From: Octopus vulgaris
Taxonomy: Eukaryota
NCBI GenBank assembly: GCA_951406725.2
Contig: OX597822.1
Coordinates: 115,134,001-115,198,000 of the forward strand
Reading direction: 5' to 3'
DNA length: 64,000 nt
Below the pieces are notes generated by a model, which ran no database searches, was not told where the DNA came from, and saw only the letters and a list, made by a program, of their open reading frames with translations. Positions within the stretch are counted from its first letter, which is position 1. The number at the start of each line of letters is the position of its first letter. The translations under genes and the position numbers were made by a program. Below are positions 11,849-28,049 of this stretch, piece by piece.

Positions 11849-12119
11849 TATAATTAGGGCTTAGTAAAATAAATTACTTTGCCACATACTGAACTTAGTA
11901 GAAATTATATATATATATATATATAATGAAGTGGAAATCAATATATGAAATAGTTAGTATTTCTTCTGGTACTATTTACTGCCTACTTATCTGTCCTGAT
12001 AACACGTCAGTGATATTACATACCTACATACATGCATACATACATACATACATACATACATACATACATACATACATACATACATGCATGCATATATACA
12101 TACATACATACATACATAC

Positions 12120-12150
<31 letters not shown>

Positions 12151-12399
12151 CATACATACATGCACGCAGACAACTTTAGACAGAGACAAACAGATGACAA
12201 ACACACAGACAGACAGACAGACAGGCAGACAAACAGACAGACAGGCAGACAGAGAAACAGACGGACAGACAGTCAGACAGATAGATAGATAGACAAACAG
12301 TTCTATTCGTGCGTTATTTTGGGTGAAATTTCAACCATATGAATATAGCGATAAGCAGGTGAGTAAATATTTTATTTTGTGAAGAGGCTGATGTGTGGC

Positions 12400-13650
12400 A
12401 AGTGAAAAGGAAGGGAGAGATGAGGAATGGACAGAAACGGACGATTAACTAAAATATCAGAAAGCAGACGAGTCATCTCTAATGAATGAATGAAGCCAGA
12501 TATCTGGAAAGTTGAAATAAGTTAGCGATGAGGTGGAGTCTTGTAGTTGGTTATAAAATAGGTTTGCAACTGACTCATGAGCACAGAAACTAACTGGTGG
12601 GGGTAAAATACAAAGTGAGATGGTTATTTGAAGGAAAGGAGCTCATGCAGATAAGCTGTTGTTACTGCGAGGGTGCTCTGAATGTACACAAATCTGATCA
12701 AAAGCATTCCATCCGTAACTTTTTCGTATTTTCAAATTTCAGGTTAGTGCATCTAAAACTATGTTTCAGAATGCAGTATTCCTTTTTGAAGACGATAGGA
12801 TGAAAGACGAAAAGCGTGTCTGTTATTTGTAGCAGTTGAGTGACCATAGATGACTGGTGGGTGTGGGCTCACCTATCTTGAGGAATTTGCAATGCTCTGA
12901 ACTTTTCAGTATTTCTGAAACCACTGAATTTGATGCCGTTAATGTTCCATTTAAACTATCGCCGATCAACACCACAGGAAGGACATGAGCTGAGAGGACA
13001 TTCCAAAAGACCCATATTGTAAGTGAAAGAACTGGACAAGATGATTAGTATGGGCCGACGCTGGAGGTTGGACCTAACAAGGCAGGCGAGAGGAGGAGGA
13101 ACAAGTGGAACTGTTCAGCTTGCGTTGAAGAAAACATTATAGTAACCAGAGATAAAACACCGGGAGGAAACATGGCGCTTGTAGACCATAGTTTGGTTCG
13201 GGTCCTTTTACTGATCGAATATTAATCTGTCGAGTATCCCTTCTCTGGTATAGTCAAGGATGTCTAAATGCATAGCAGCTGCACTCGTCATCGATATAAA
13301 AACAGAAGTTCATTGTAGACCTCGCTTGAACCTTGTAGAAAGTTCAGTAACTATTGGGAATTCAAATATTTTCTGACCTTGAAATGAAGTACTAGGCTTT
13401 TTAATGCGGTACTCACTGTGTTATGAGAGTATTTTCTCCAGAAGAGATCCTTAGTGATAATTAGACCCAGCATCGTGTGCAACAGTGAAGGCTCTAGCTA
13501 AATGTTGATCATGTATTCCCGACAGTGAAGTTATCTATAAAAGTGGGGAGATTTGTCTCAGAAAGAAGTAGGAAGTTTGGTTTATGTGTTAGGAGCGACC
13601 TGTTGCATTAAGGCTGGAGAGAAATCCTCATATGTTCAGGAAGAGGAAAG
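12400..13650 (-). mobile_element. Heavily degraded LINE, APE endonuclease region
   Basis: Minus strand near 13550-13645 reads FLNI*GFLSSLN...LLTHKPNFLLLSETNLP, like the APE N-terminal NIRG...LSET motifs; extent uncertain. Confidence 0.4.
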
Positions 13651-13968
13651 AGAATTGGCCTAGTGAACTGAAACCCCCCCCTTTTTACATTATAAAGATG
13701 CGTAGAGGATGGTGGATCGTGTAATGTTAAAAGAAAATCCCTAAGACAGAAATGTGATTTGAATGCATGTAACAAATCAAATACGTTTTAAAAACAGTGG
13801 TGGAATGCTCTACCACTCCCCAAAATGATGGGGTCTGTATAAAACGAGGCTACATAAGGAAGAAAACAAGAGCAACCGAAAGACAGCAAGAAAAGGAACA
13901 CAGCAAACATGAGACAATATTAGAATAGTGGTGGCAGAATCAGTATTGGTATTGGTGTTGGTGGTGGT

Positions 13969-14032
<64 letters not shown>

Positions 14033-14305
14033 CAGCAGCAGCAACAAACGTGACAGAAGCAACTGTCGTAGAAGGAATGGACGATAAAGTGAGTTAAGAC
14101 TGAGTTAGTTGACAATGTAGAGGTCAACATGGAGTGAGTGGGGAAATAAGGGTTCCGTAGCGATGTTCTTTTTCTAGCCATTGTTGTTGCTGTTGCTGGT
14201 GTGAAAATATTGATATAAAACATACAAACGTGGAAAGAGCATAGCCCTGGCTTGTGTGTAAATTTTCCACCTTATCATTCACACATATATATATATATAT
14301 TATTT

Positions 14306-14692
14306 TCTTTTGTTCTTTTACTTGTTTCAGTCATTTGACTGCGACCATGCTGGAGCACCGTCTTTAGTCGAACAGATCGACCTCAGGACGTTTTCTTTGT
14401 AAGCCTAGTACTTAGTGTATCGGTCTCTTTGGCCGAATCACTAACTTACGGGGACGTAAATACATTAACATCGGTGTCAAGCGATGGTGTGAGAGGACAA
14501 ACACAGACACACAAATGCATACACATATATATATACGACGGGCTTCCTTCAGTTTCCGCCTACCAAATCCATTCACAAGGGCTTTGGTCGGCCCGAGGCT
14601 ATAGTAGAAGACACTTGCCCAAGGTGCCACGCAGTCGGGCTGAACTCGGGACCATGCGGTTGGGAAGCACGCTTCTTACCACACAGCCACTT
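14306..14692 (-). mobile_element. tRNA-headed SINE, family B (CORE-type, octopus OR-like)
   Basis: Head gtggctgtgtggtaagaagc...gagttcagcccgactgcgtggcaccttgggcaagtg (A/B boxes), internal (CA)/(TA) tract, tail ...tgactgaaacaagtaaaag; several copies in window. Confidence 0.85.
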
Positions 14693-15069
14693 CAATTTAG
14701 GCACATATATCAGGCACGAGTTATTATTTACCAACATTGAAATATGAAACCATCATCCGATAAGGTCTCCAAGACGCAAATGTTATAATGACCTTCAGCT
14801 GCTATTTCATGTTACGCATTAAAGAACAATAAAAATATAGATGCAAAGCTTAAAGCATGTCTGCGCGAAATTAACCGATAAACAAACACGAAACATGACG
14901 TAGTTTTAAAGAAACCAGTAACTGTTTTCTTTATGCGTGAGAGAAAGAGAGCGAAAGAGAGAACAAAAGCCTGTGTTATGAATATGTAAATTGTTAAATA
15001 AAGCTCTCAGAATTAGAATTCGATAAAATGGCTTGCGTCTATTACATTTATATTATTGTTTTTCACTCA

Positions 15070-15275
15070 AAGGCAGCAGAATCGTTAGCGATCCGGTCAA
15101 AATGCTTCGCGGCATTTCGTCCGTCTTTACATTGTGAGTTCAATTACGGCCGGCGTCGACCTTGCCTTTCATCCTTTCCGGGTCGCTAAAATAAGTACCA
15201 GTTGAGCACCGGGATCGATATAATCGACTTACCCTCTTCCTCTAGATTACTGGCCTTGAACGAAATTTTGAAAGC
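15070..15275 (+). mobile_element. Family A SINE
   Basis: ggcagcagaatcgttagc...gagttcaattacggccggcgtcgaccttgcctttcatcc. Confidence 0.8.
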
Positions 15276-15534
15276 CTTAGTCTTTTTTGTTCAGTCCACA
15301 CCAATTTTTGGCTAGTTCGGGTTTCTTTCATTTTATATCGCTATTGGTCTCATTTGTCGGAGGCTTTTTGTCGCTTCAAAGAAGTAATAGTGGTGGTGGG
15401 GCGTTAATAAGTGTTATTCTGAGGCTAGGACCATAGAGGACAATTTGTCAATATCTGACTATTATGCCAGAACAATTTCGTTACTACCAGCTAAGCTGGT
15501 CAGTCAAGGATGTGTTAGTATGTTGTAATAGATG

Positions 15535-16065
15535 CTAGTCGTCAAATGATCCCACATCGTCCTTGGTCAGAGATGTCCAGCCGATACGTCTCTCCCCGCG
15601 TTGAAAAGATGTTAATTCTTCGTTTTCACATTTTTTTCTGCAAAGTTTGATATTGTTTTCTCGGGCTTCGAATGTTTTTGAAATTCCTGTTTGCATTTGT
15701 ACATCAATCATTTAAAATTTTGGTTCATTGAAGTTTGCTTTTAGCCGTAATAGCTGGGTTTCCATTCTGAATTTCTCGAGAACCATCTTTTCTCTAAGTT
15801 TTTGTTATTGTTTGGGTTCATTAGCGACAGGTTTTATTTGTAATTCCAATGGGAGGACGATCGCTGTTGAATTGAGCCGTTTTTCATATATTTCCGCTTT
15901 GCCATTATTTTTAATGAAGTTCCAAAAGAAAAATTGACGGACTGCGAAGTCTTGGTTCCATTTATGTTTAAAAGTGTTTTCGATTGCAAACGTTTCTCGC
16001 AGTCGGTTAATGTTATCTTGTTGTTCAGTTTTTGGATTTTGTTCCGGCTTCTGGATTATACATTC
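15535..16065 (-). pseudogene. Decayed 177-codon reading frame of unknown, probably TE-borne, protein
   Basis: One frame with two internal TAA stops: ...KHKWNQDFAVRQFFFWNFIKNNGKAEIYEKRLNSTAIVLPLELQIKPVANEPKQ*QKLREKMVLEKFRMETQLLRLKA... Confidence 0.55.
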
Positions 16066-16371
16066 TTTTCACAAGTTTCTTTGGAGAGAAAAAGAGACTG
16101 AATGCGATTTAGACGACGCTGGTAGCTATTATCAATGTACAAAAATGTTGGTCCATAGCGTACGTGGAAATGAAAATTATAAATAATTAGATTAAATATG
16201 AGCTTTGTTTGGTCTTTAAGTATCAATAAGGATTATGAGATACCGGCTTTACTAGAGAACTTGAGCTTATAATAGACTCTAAATTTATATAGGTTTCACG
16301 CATGTAAATCTCATAGTTTTCTGTGTTGGCGTGTGTATATATGTGCGTGTGTGTGTGAATGCGCGCGCGCA

Positions 16372-16415
<44 letters not shown>

Positions 16416-16419
16416 TGTG

Positions 16420-16459
<40 letters not shown>

Positions 16460-16842
16460 TGTGTGTAAATACAGACGCGCACAATATATTTCTGTGTCGC
16501 CTTGTATGTGTGGAATTATCCGATTAAGCCGATTTGGTAAAAATTCTTATGAATTTTGGATATTTCGATGTTTATATCACATTTTCAGTCTTTATTCGAT
16601 TCTGAGCTTTGTTTGATTATCATTAAAAGTGCTGCAATATTAAGCTGGTTATGAAACTTGTTTGTTGCATATTATTAAAATACGCATGCATGTGCGTATG
16701 TGCACTTGCAACCGCCCTATATGAGTTAGTCTGTGCATATTTAAAAGATTTATACTATATACGCAATAGTCAAACATAATTCATCGTCAGAAATGGGTCG
16801 GCATTAAAAAAAGGTCGACAAACGTTTGTTGTGGATTTTTTA

Positions 16843-17165
16843 AAGACTCCGCCGGTTACGACGACGAGGGTCCCAGCTGATACGATCAACGGAACAGCTT
16901 GCTCGTGAAATTAACGTGCAAATGGCTGAGCATTCCACAGACACGTGTACCCTTAACGTAGTTCTCGGGGATAATCAGCGTGACACAGAGTGTGACAAGG
17001 CTGACCCTTTGAAATACAGGTACAACTCATTTTTGCCAGCTGAGTGGACTGGAGCAACGTGAAATAAAGTGTCTTGCTCAAGGACACAACGCGTCGCTGG
17101 GAATCGAACTCACAACCTTACGATCATGAGCCGAATGCCCTAACCACTAAGCCACGCGCCCTCAC
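16843..17165 (-). mobile_element. tRNA-headed SINE, family C
   Basis: Minus strand starts gtgagggcgcgtggcttagtggttagggc...gagttcgattcccagc (A box TGGCTTAGTGG, B box GTTCGATTC), then ttgtgtccttgagcaagacac. Confidence 0.85.
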
Positions 17166-17244
17166 TGTTATGGATTAAATGAATCGTGTTTAACAGATAG
17201 ATGTACACTTGAGTGCATTCTTTTATATAACTATTTATGTTTGT

Positions 17245-17406
17245 GCAAGTGTGTGTGTGTGTGTGTGTGCGCGTGTGTGTGAGTGTGTGTGTGTGTATGT
17301 GTGTGTGTGTGTTAGTGTGTGTGTGTGTGTATGTGTGTGTGTGAGTGTGTGAGTGTATGTGTGTGTGTGTGTGAGTGTATGTGTGTGGGTGTGTGTGTGT
17401 GTGTGT

Positions 17407-17447
<41 letters not shown>

Positions 17448-17468
17448 TGTGTGTGAGTGTATGTGTGT

Positions 17469-17517
<49 letters not shown>

Positions 17518-17530
17518 TGTGTGTGTGTGT
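17245..17530. repeat. Imperfect (GT)n microsatellite
   Basis: About 285 bp of gtgt with occasional substitutions. Confidence 0.95.
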
Positions 17531-17687
17531 TTACCTAGAGTGTTGCTGCCTTGTTGTAAAGCCACCTGATAACTGTTATTGTGCTTGTTCACATATAAAG
17601 CCAATGCGATGTTTATCTTGAGCATTCACAGACCAGACCACGTTTCAGGGCAATGTCTGCTAGTTTTTAGTATCAGGAAACCGTCGT

Positions 17688-17934
17688 CATCATCATTTAA
17701 CATCCATGTTCCCTGCTGGCACACGGGTTAGATGGTTTGACAAGGATTCCAATAAGTCAAGGAGACCAGTAGGTTCAACTCTCAGTTCAGCTGCAGGCAG
17801 CATTTCTGTATCATTAAAAAGTTCACTCCACAACCAAGTCAGTCCCATGTTTGGCCCTACACCATGACACTTTGAGTGAGTGCCTTCTGTCGTAGCCTTG
17901 GGTTGACCAATATCTTTGGAATTTGATGGATGGA

Positions 17935-17935
<1 letters not shown>
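17688..17935. mobile_element. Degraded SINE pieces (RTE-type 3' tail on -, family B body on +)
   Basis: catcatcatttaacatccatgttccctgctggca is the inverse of the RTE 3' end; ccttctgtcgtagccttgggttgacc resembles family B. Confidence 0.5.
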
Positions 17936-17986
<51 letters not shown>

Positions 17987-18789
17987 GTGTATGCGGGAGC
18001 CTGTATATATAACACAATAGTAATACAAGCCCAAGTAAACTCACACGCGCATGCGCTCACGCATAAACACACACAAATATCACAGAACTCATATACCCCC
18101 ATCCATAAATACACACACAAGAACACACGAATTCTCACACACCAGCATACATACAGACGCATATATCTACACGCAAGCACAGGCACAAACCATACAATCA
18201 AGCAAAATGGATGTTTAAAAGCAACGGACGATAATATTATTAATTACTGCTGGGCTGTGTTTATGCAAGCAACCGAATCGATTGTTTCCCTTTGTCATGC
18301 GTCTTGTAAAACCTATCGTCTGCAGCAGACACATCATAAACAGACGTACACAGAATGTTCAGCGTGTCATCATAGTATCTATTTAGTAATTCCATTTAGA
18401 TCACTTAAATGTCTAAACTATTCTTTCTGTTGCACTACTACAGTTTAATTTTGACTTATACCTATCGATTTATTATTTTACCATTGCTCTCGGTCGTTCA
18501 ACGACGCCCTTGTCGTCTGTCGCCCCTCCCCCCCACACACACCTTATATGGTCTTCTCTATCTTCTTTACAATCTATAAGTTTTTCGTGTTTTCCTGTTT
18601 TTTTTTTATTTCATTTCATCTTCTTCTTGTAACTGTCTTTGTTGTTGGGGGTTGTAGTTGTTGTTGTTGTTGCCTTGCGTGTGCAGTTGTTCTTTTCGTC
18701 TTTATTTTTTCTGCTTCATGATCAGGAACACCATGTTCATCTCTACCATCATCATCGTCATCACTATCATTATCATCAACAACAATAAC

Positions 18790-18911
18790 TTCTCTTCTTC
18801 TTCTTCTTCTTCTTCTTCTTCTTCTTCTTCTTCTTCTTCTTCTTCTTCTTCTTCTTCTCTTTCTTCTTCCTCTACTGATGCTGTTGCTTCATCATCATCA
18901 TCATCATCATC

Positions 18912-18946
<35 letters not shown>

Positions 18947-19154
18947 CGTTTTTCTTCTCCTGCTTCTCTTCATCTTTATCATCTTCTGCATCTTCTGCTT
19001 CTCTTCCTCTTTATCATCTTCATCTTCTTCATCTTCTCCTGCTTCTCTTCCTCTTTATCTTCTTCTGCATCTCCTGCTTCTCTTCCTCTTCATCGTCTTC
19101 TGCATCCTGTTCTCTACTTTTCCTCCTACGTCTTCCATTAACGTCATTGAAAGA

Positions 19155-19234
<80 letters not shown>

Positions 19235-19235
19235 A
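18790..19235. repeat. Compound (TCT)n/(TCA)n/(ACA)n/(TAA)n microsatellite
   Basis: Directly visible. Confidence 0.95.
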
Positions 19236-20054
19236 ACAGGCGTTAATGTCTAAATTATTGTTATCATTCCCGTAGTTATTGTTGCCGTTTCTCGCCTCCT
19301 CATCCTTCACAGTCATCTTTCATTGTTGGTTCATACATCTCGTTGCCATAGATCTAGCCTTAACCTCTCCCACTACTCCTCGTCACCTACACCCCACCCC
19401 CATCGTCATCCTCATTCTACTTATACCAACTTTCCTACCTAACTCCAATCTGTTTCATCATTTGTTCCTATGCTTACAATGGACATCGATCCATTAGCAG
19501 ATGATCTGTGACCAAGCCTTCTCATGTCTTATCTAGAACAGTATTGTTTAGATATATATATTTTTTCTGTGTTGTTTAGTGGAGCATCTACTGTTTTTGT
19601 TCATTTTCTGTTGTTAGGTACCGAATCATAACGTGTCGTGTGGTTAACACATTGCATAGGAAATGATTTCATCCCACCTACACTTCTTTCTCTCTTACTT
19701 TTTCTCTCTTTCTCTTCCCTTAACTATATATAAAAATATAAAAATACACGCACATACATATGTATAAATATACATATATATGTACATATATATATATATA
19801 TATAATGTATGTATATATGTATGTATGTATGTATGGGCCAAATCTATATAAATAGACACCAACTTACGTGACTATATACCTACTTATTTATATCTATCTA
19901 CAAGCCCGTCTTGTAGATATCTTTTTATTTATTTGACAGTCAGTTAGTATATCGACCTATCTATCTAGCTATCAATCTATCCGTCAATCGATGCATATAT
20001 ATATATGTGTGTGTGTATGTATGTATGTATGTATGTATGTATATATATGATTGA

Positions 20055-20099
<45 letters not shown>

Positions 20100-20151
20100 G
20101 TATATATATACATATATATGTGTGTGTGTGTATGTATTATATGTATTCAGG

Positions 20152-21008
<857 letters not shown>

Positions 21009-21552
21009 CGAAAGTGTGTGTGTGAGAGAGAGAGAGATGTTATACATGAACTCACGAACTTGTCAACAGGTCATTCCTCTATAAGGATCGATAAATCAAT
21101 CAATTGATTATGATTTGAATATCTTATTTTCCTTTTGGCGACAAAAATGTATTCACGAATACAATGAAATCATATATAGTGGCAGCACTTCATCTGTACA
21201 CATCTAGACACTCATTGAAATCTGTACAAACCGATATACTCTTGTGTATTTGTTTGTTTGTTTGTTATGTATGCGCATGCATGCATTACGTATGTATGGA
21301 TGCAGGTATGTATGTATTTATGTATGTGTGTATATATATATATATCGAGAGAGAGAGATTACTATTGTTGTTGCTGTTGTTGTTGTAATACTTCTTGTTT
21401 TTCTTCTTCTTCATCATCACATTCTTCTTTTTCTTTTTCTTCTTCTTCTTCTTTTTCTTCTTCTTCTTCTTTTTCTTCTTCTTCTTCTTCTTCTTCTTCT
21501 ACTTTTTCTTCTTCTTCTTCTGCTTATTATTATTATTATTATTATCATTATT

Positions 21553-22090
21553 GAGTGAGAGAGCAGTGTATGCCATCAAAGTGACATTGGGATACAAATA
21601 TACAAAGCCGAATATACTCATCACGACCACCCGGTTGATAAGCGTTCACCAGGCACATGTATATCACAAACATATGTGGGTAACATGGTGACCTGATATC
21701 AAAATAGACAGCGTATGAACTTGGAGATGAGGCTCAGTTATATGTTTAGACAGGTCGACTAGCCCATCCCACTCAAAAGGGCCCTGAATAAGATTTATTT
21801 AAGAACGATGAACGAAACACTCATGAAACCATGGGTAAATTTTTCAAATCCCAAAGGCTTCCCCTCAACACATGGCTATGATGCTCCCCCACTACTCCTG
21901 CTCGTAATCAGAGATGAACGTATCCTCAGCCACAAAGGGACATGCTCAACTGGTTAAAGTCAAGCAACTGACAAGAAAATCTGTGGTATTGAGCGGAATA
22001 TTTGCACCAAGACAAAACATATACATAACACTTCCAATTAGTTAAGATCAGAAGACATGATAGCCACTGTCTAGTACTGCTTCAATGCAT
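21553..22090 (-). mobile_element. About 540-bp non-coding element in a (TAA)-type tract, copy 1
   Basis: Colinear with 30348-30895 over its full length; (TAA)n tail on the minus strand; no ORF and no tRNA head. Confidence 0.8.
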
Positions 22091-22210
22091 TTATCATCAC
22101 CATTATACTCCACATCCTCATCCTCATCCTCCTCATCATCATCATTATTATAATTATTGCTGTTGTTGTTGTTGCTCTTCTTCTTCTTCTTCTTCTTCTT
22201 CTTCTTCTTC

Positions 22211-22283
<73 letters not shown>

Positions 22284-22303
22284 CATCATTATTATTATTA
22301 TTT

Positions 22304-22680
22304 AGGCGACAAGCTGGCAGAAACGTTAGCACGCCGGGCGAAATGCTTAGCGGTATTTCGCCTGCCGTTACGTTCTGAGTTCAAATTCCGCCGAGGTCGA
22401 CTTTGCCTTTCATCCTTTCGGGGTCGATTAAATAAGTACCAGTTACGCACTGGGGTCGATGTAATCGACTTAATCCGTGTGCCGGTCCCTGTTTGTCCCC
22501 TCTGAGTTTAGCCCCTTGTGGGTAGTAAAGAAATAGGTATTTCGTCTGTGTCTATGTTCTGAGTTCAAATTCTGCCAAGGTGAAATTTGCCTTTCATCCT
22601 TTCGGAGTCGATAAATTAAATACCAGCGAAACACTGGGAGCGATGTAATTGACTTGTTCAATCCCTCAAATTTCAGGCCT
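22304..22680 (+). mobile_element. Family A SINE with duplicated body
   Basis: ggcgacaagctggcagaaacgttagcacgccgggcg; the ttctgagttcaaatt...taccag module occurs twice. Confidence 0.85.
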
Positions 22681-22789
22681 TCTGCCTGAAGTAGAAGGGA
22701 TTATTGCTATTATCATCATCATCATGCACAGCAACAATGTTCTTCTTAATACGAGTTACGAACAAGTTTAGACAATCTTTATCTTCATG

Positions 22790-24410
<1,621 letters not shown>

Positions 24411-24414
24411 AAAT

Positions 24415-24752
24415 TAGATCGACCCCAGTACGAAACAGGTACTTAATTTATCGACCCCGAAATTATGAGAGGCAAAGTCGACCCCGGCGGAATTTGAGTT
24501 CAGAACGTAAGACAGACGAAATACCTGGTTTTTTTTATTACCCACAAGGGGCTAAACACAGAGAGGACAAACAAGGTCAGATAAACGGATTAAGTCGATT
24601 GTATCGACCTCAGTGCGTAACTGGTACTTAATTTATCGACCCCGAAAGGATGAAAGGCAAAGTCGACCTCGGCGGAAGTTGAACTCAGAACGTAGCGGCT
24701 GACGAAATACGGCTACGCATTTCGCCCGGCGTGCTAACGTTTCTGCCAGCTT
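24415..24752 (-). mobile_element. Family A SINE with duplicated body
   Basis: Two tttatcgaccccgaaa...aaagtcgacc...cagaacgt modules; head ends cgtgctaacgtttctgccagct. Confidence 0.85.
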
Positions 24753-24902
24753 GATGTCTTCTCTCGTACCTACATTAAGTCATCGGTATTGATGCATTGC
24801 TATCAAAATTTCAGCATATACATATACGCATACATACATACATACATACATACATACGAACATACATACACACATACATACATACATACATACATACATA
24901 CA

Positions 24903-25019
<117 letters not shown>

Positions 25020-26164
25020 AATTTAAGTGTTCCAAGAACGTGAACTATTTTGTAATTAATATCTTGGAAATTGTACAAGATTAAGGAGATCCGAACGATT
25101 TTTCCTATACTGTTCTAAATGCTAAGCTAATCATTTCAAATTGATATTCAGATATATTTTTGGGGCCTGGTCCCTAAGGTAGAAATTAATATTCAGATAT
25201 ATTTATATTTACTTACAGTTGTATGAAAATACGTGTAATTGAGAATACGTGTCAACGTGTATTCATTTTGGTTTATATATCTAAAGGTGGTACGAATGAC
25301 ATATGTCCGTGCATTATAAATACATGCTTGAATAAATATAGGAAAACTTTATGCATGAATAGATAAATGAAGGCTTTTTAATCACGTATTAATAATGCTA
25401 AGAGATGCACCTAAATTTTCGTATTTATAGTATAATAAATGAATCATATAAGTACGGTATATATTGTGGTTTATATAGTAAATATATCTACCATTTTATG
25501 TATTATGACAAAAGATTCTCTATAGGTTAGAATTATATGATATAAAGTATACGAATTAAAATGTAATTTGTAAGCCAGTATCTCAGCAATATTTATGTGT
25601 GTATTTAGTAAAATATGTTCTATTTTTATATGCTATATATGTTGAATCAGATATTATACAAAGCGAATTGTATATTTCGATACTTCTATATTTAATTTTA
25701 ACGTATACTTCATGTGTTACTTTGTCTTAACTTTTATTCTTGTATTGTACTTAAAACATATTAGTTTGTATTTCAATTTACACAGAAAACAGCATTAGGT
25801 TGTATTTACTTAGAAAAGACAATTTGTTTCAAAAGAAAATACGGTGTTGACAACTCGTTCATTTTTCTAAAAGAATATAAAGAATATTTCTACGTAGAAA
25901 AATACAATCCTAATCCTATTGTACTTATAATAATCATTTAGCATTTTCTCTTTCAAATTTTCGACGTTTGTTTATCGTTAGATGTTTACAAATAATTTCA
26001 TTTACCTCAATTCTTGTCATGAATTCAGAAGTTTCATTCAGTAGCTTTCCGTTTTCAAATCCATTTACTATTTACTTTAAAATACCTTTGTGTAACTTTA
26101 TATGAAATTTATAGTCTACTGCTACGAATTCTCATAACTTAGATTTCATATACAAACTGCGCGC

Positions 26165-26224
<60 letters not shown>

Positions 26225-27423
26225 GTGCGTGTGTGCGCGTATGTGTGAGTGTATTAACTGTAAATTTTACTTTCGCATATTCTACAATTACTTTGATACC
26301 AATAGATTGATTACAATAGATACCATTGATTTACGTAGTAAATTGTGAGCTGTCGCTCATATATATTTTGTTAGTTAGATTTCCAGTCGAAGCTACTTAT
26401 CTGGATTTGTAGCTTATTACTCTACTTACTTGACTGTGGTACAGTATTTTAGTTTATGACTCTGTTTATCACTTATTCATTTATTTTTTGATTTAAAATT
26501 TGTTTTTAGTACAAATTCTTTTAAGGGTTTCGGGTGTTATATCAGAGGGTGAGATGCTGCGAAGCCGAATGGAAGAGAAATGCAAACGAGTAACCAACAA
26601 AGACCGTGAAACCATCGAATTCGTGAGACCGGCTCATTAGACAGTATTTTGCAAAGTCAATAGTGTACAGTGCCAAAGATGAAGCATCAGAGATGAACCT
26701 AAGACATATATATGTGTTGGGAAGATGGGACTCACATTTAAAAAACCGTTATTACAAGCACAAACATTTATTTGTCAGCCCCGATACAAAACGACTATAG
26801 CTTTATCGAAGTTTATATAGTTCTTGTGTGAGACCAGTCCTCACAAATTCAAAATTACCCTGGTCGATTGTAGCTGATACGCAACCATACAGGATCGGAA
26901 GTTTCAAATCAAATATGCGGTGTGACCTTTTTTTAAGTGAAAAATTGAGAACTTTTAACAGTTTCAACTAAAAACTGAGCTGTTAGCGTCATGAATACTC
27001 GCGGTTAAGTATATTTTATATAAATACGAACATACTTCGATTTGGTTTTGGTTAAGGAAAAATAACCGTAGGTTTCGAAATGTTTAGTTAATGATTCATT
27101 AATATAACTTTTAATATGTGTGCGTGTCTATGTAGAAATAGGGATTACATGAACCCTTAAGCCACGTAGAGCTCACTAGAAACAAGCAACGTGAAAGGCA
27201 GGCGGCGAATAAAAATTATGGGTCTTAACTCCACGAAGATCGTAAAAGGAACGGCAGATAACTTAGAACCGATTTCTGGATTTGTACTAGGGGTCGCTTG
27301 CCCTTCTTCAGCTAAGTCTACGGCAAACGAAGTCAAATTTAAGACATATTCACCTTACAATATTTGCTTGTTCGTACGAAGGCTCAAGACACATTCCGAA
27401 ACTAATTCAATAATTTATATATG

Positions 27424-27477
<54 letters not shown>

Positions 27478-27583
27478 TTACTAGTATCAAGTAAGCATGA
27501 ATCATGCAGGCAAGTTTAGTAATATATATATATGGAAAAAAGTCAAGGTAGAAAATGCTAAAATAATTTTATAAAAGAAATTT

Positions 27584-27619
27584 CAGTACCGGTCTCGGTC
27601 ATTGAGACTTATTCAACTG
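27584..27619 (-). ncRNA. Degenerate minimal hammerhead-like motif in a Penelope-like terminus
   Basis: CAG UUGAAUA AGUC ucaau GACC GAGA C CG GUA CUG; stem I CAG/CUG, palindromic ACCGGU; two core deviations. Confidence 0.4.
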
Positions 27620-27701
27620 TAAGTATGATAAAAAATTAAATATATATATAATATATATGTGTATGTGTGTATTTGTGTATACACCCCGCCCACAAATATA
27701 T

Positions 27702-27929
27702 ATATTCTGTTGTTGTCTGGAGAGAGTCATTCTCTTTTGGTATCTAATAATTTAACACATTCACCGGTACAATTTCAACTCATTTCTTTTTAATTTTTCT
27801 AAAATTTTCGTTGCGTTTTGCAACCTTTTCAATAGTTTTGAGTCTGAAATAAGTGCAAATTTTACCGGTGAGTGTGTTAAATTATAAGGCACCAAAAGAG
27901 AATGACTCTCCCCAGACACAACAGAATAT
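27702..27929. mobile_element. Fold-back Penelope-like terminus
   Basis: Inverted arms 27702-27775 and 27857-27929; hammerhead-like motif in the spacer; (TA)-rich flanks. Confidence 0.65.
27799..27835 (-). ncRNA. Minimal type I hammerhead-like motif, U3-A8 core
   Basis: CUA UUGAAAA G GUUGC aaaac GCAAC GAAA AUUU UAG: stem I CUA/UAG, 5-bp stem II, palindromic AAAAUUUU. Confidence 0.55.
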
Positions 27930-27979
27930 GCTTCAACATACGAACTGACATAAATAATCTTGCAAACCAAATCCCAAAA

Positions 27980-28046
<67 letters not shown>

Positions 28047-28049
<3 letters not shown>

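Noticed and set aside
17090-17165. tRNA gene (also heads at 49413 and 47170-47240)
   Set aside because: A/B boxes present, but the sequence continues into a SINE body with no proper acceptor stem or terminator.
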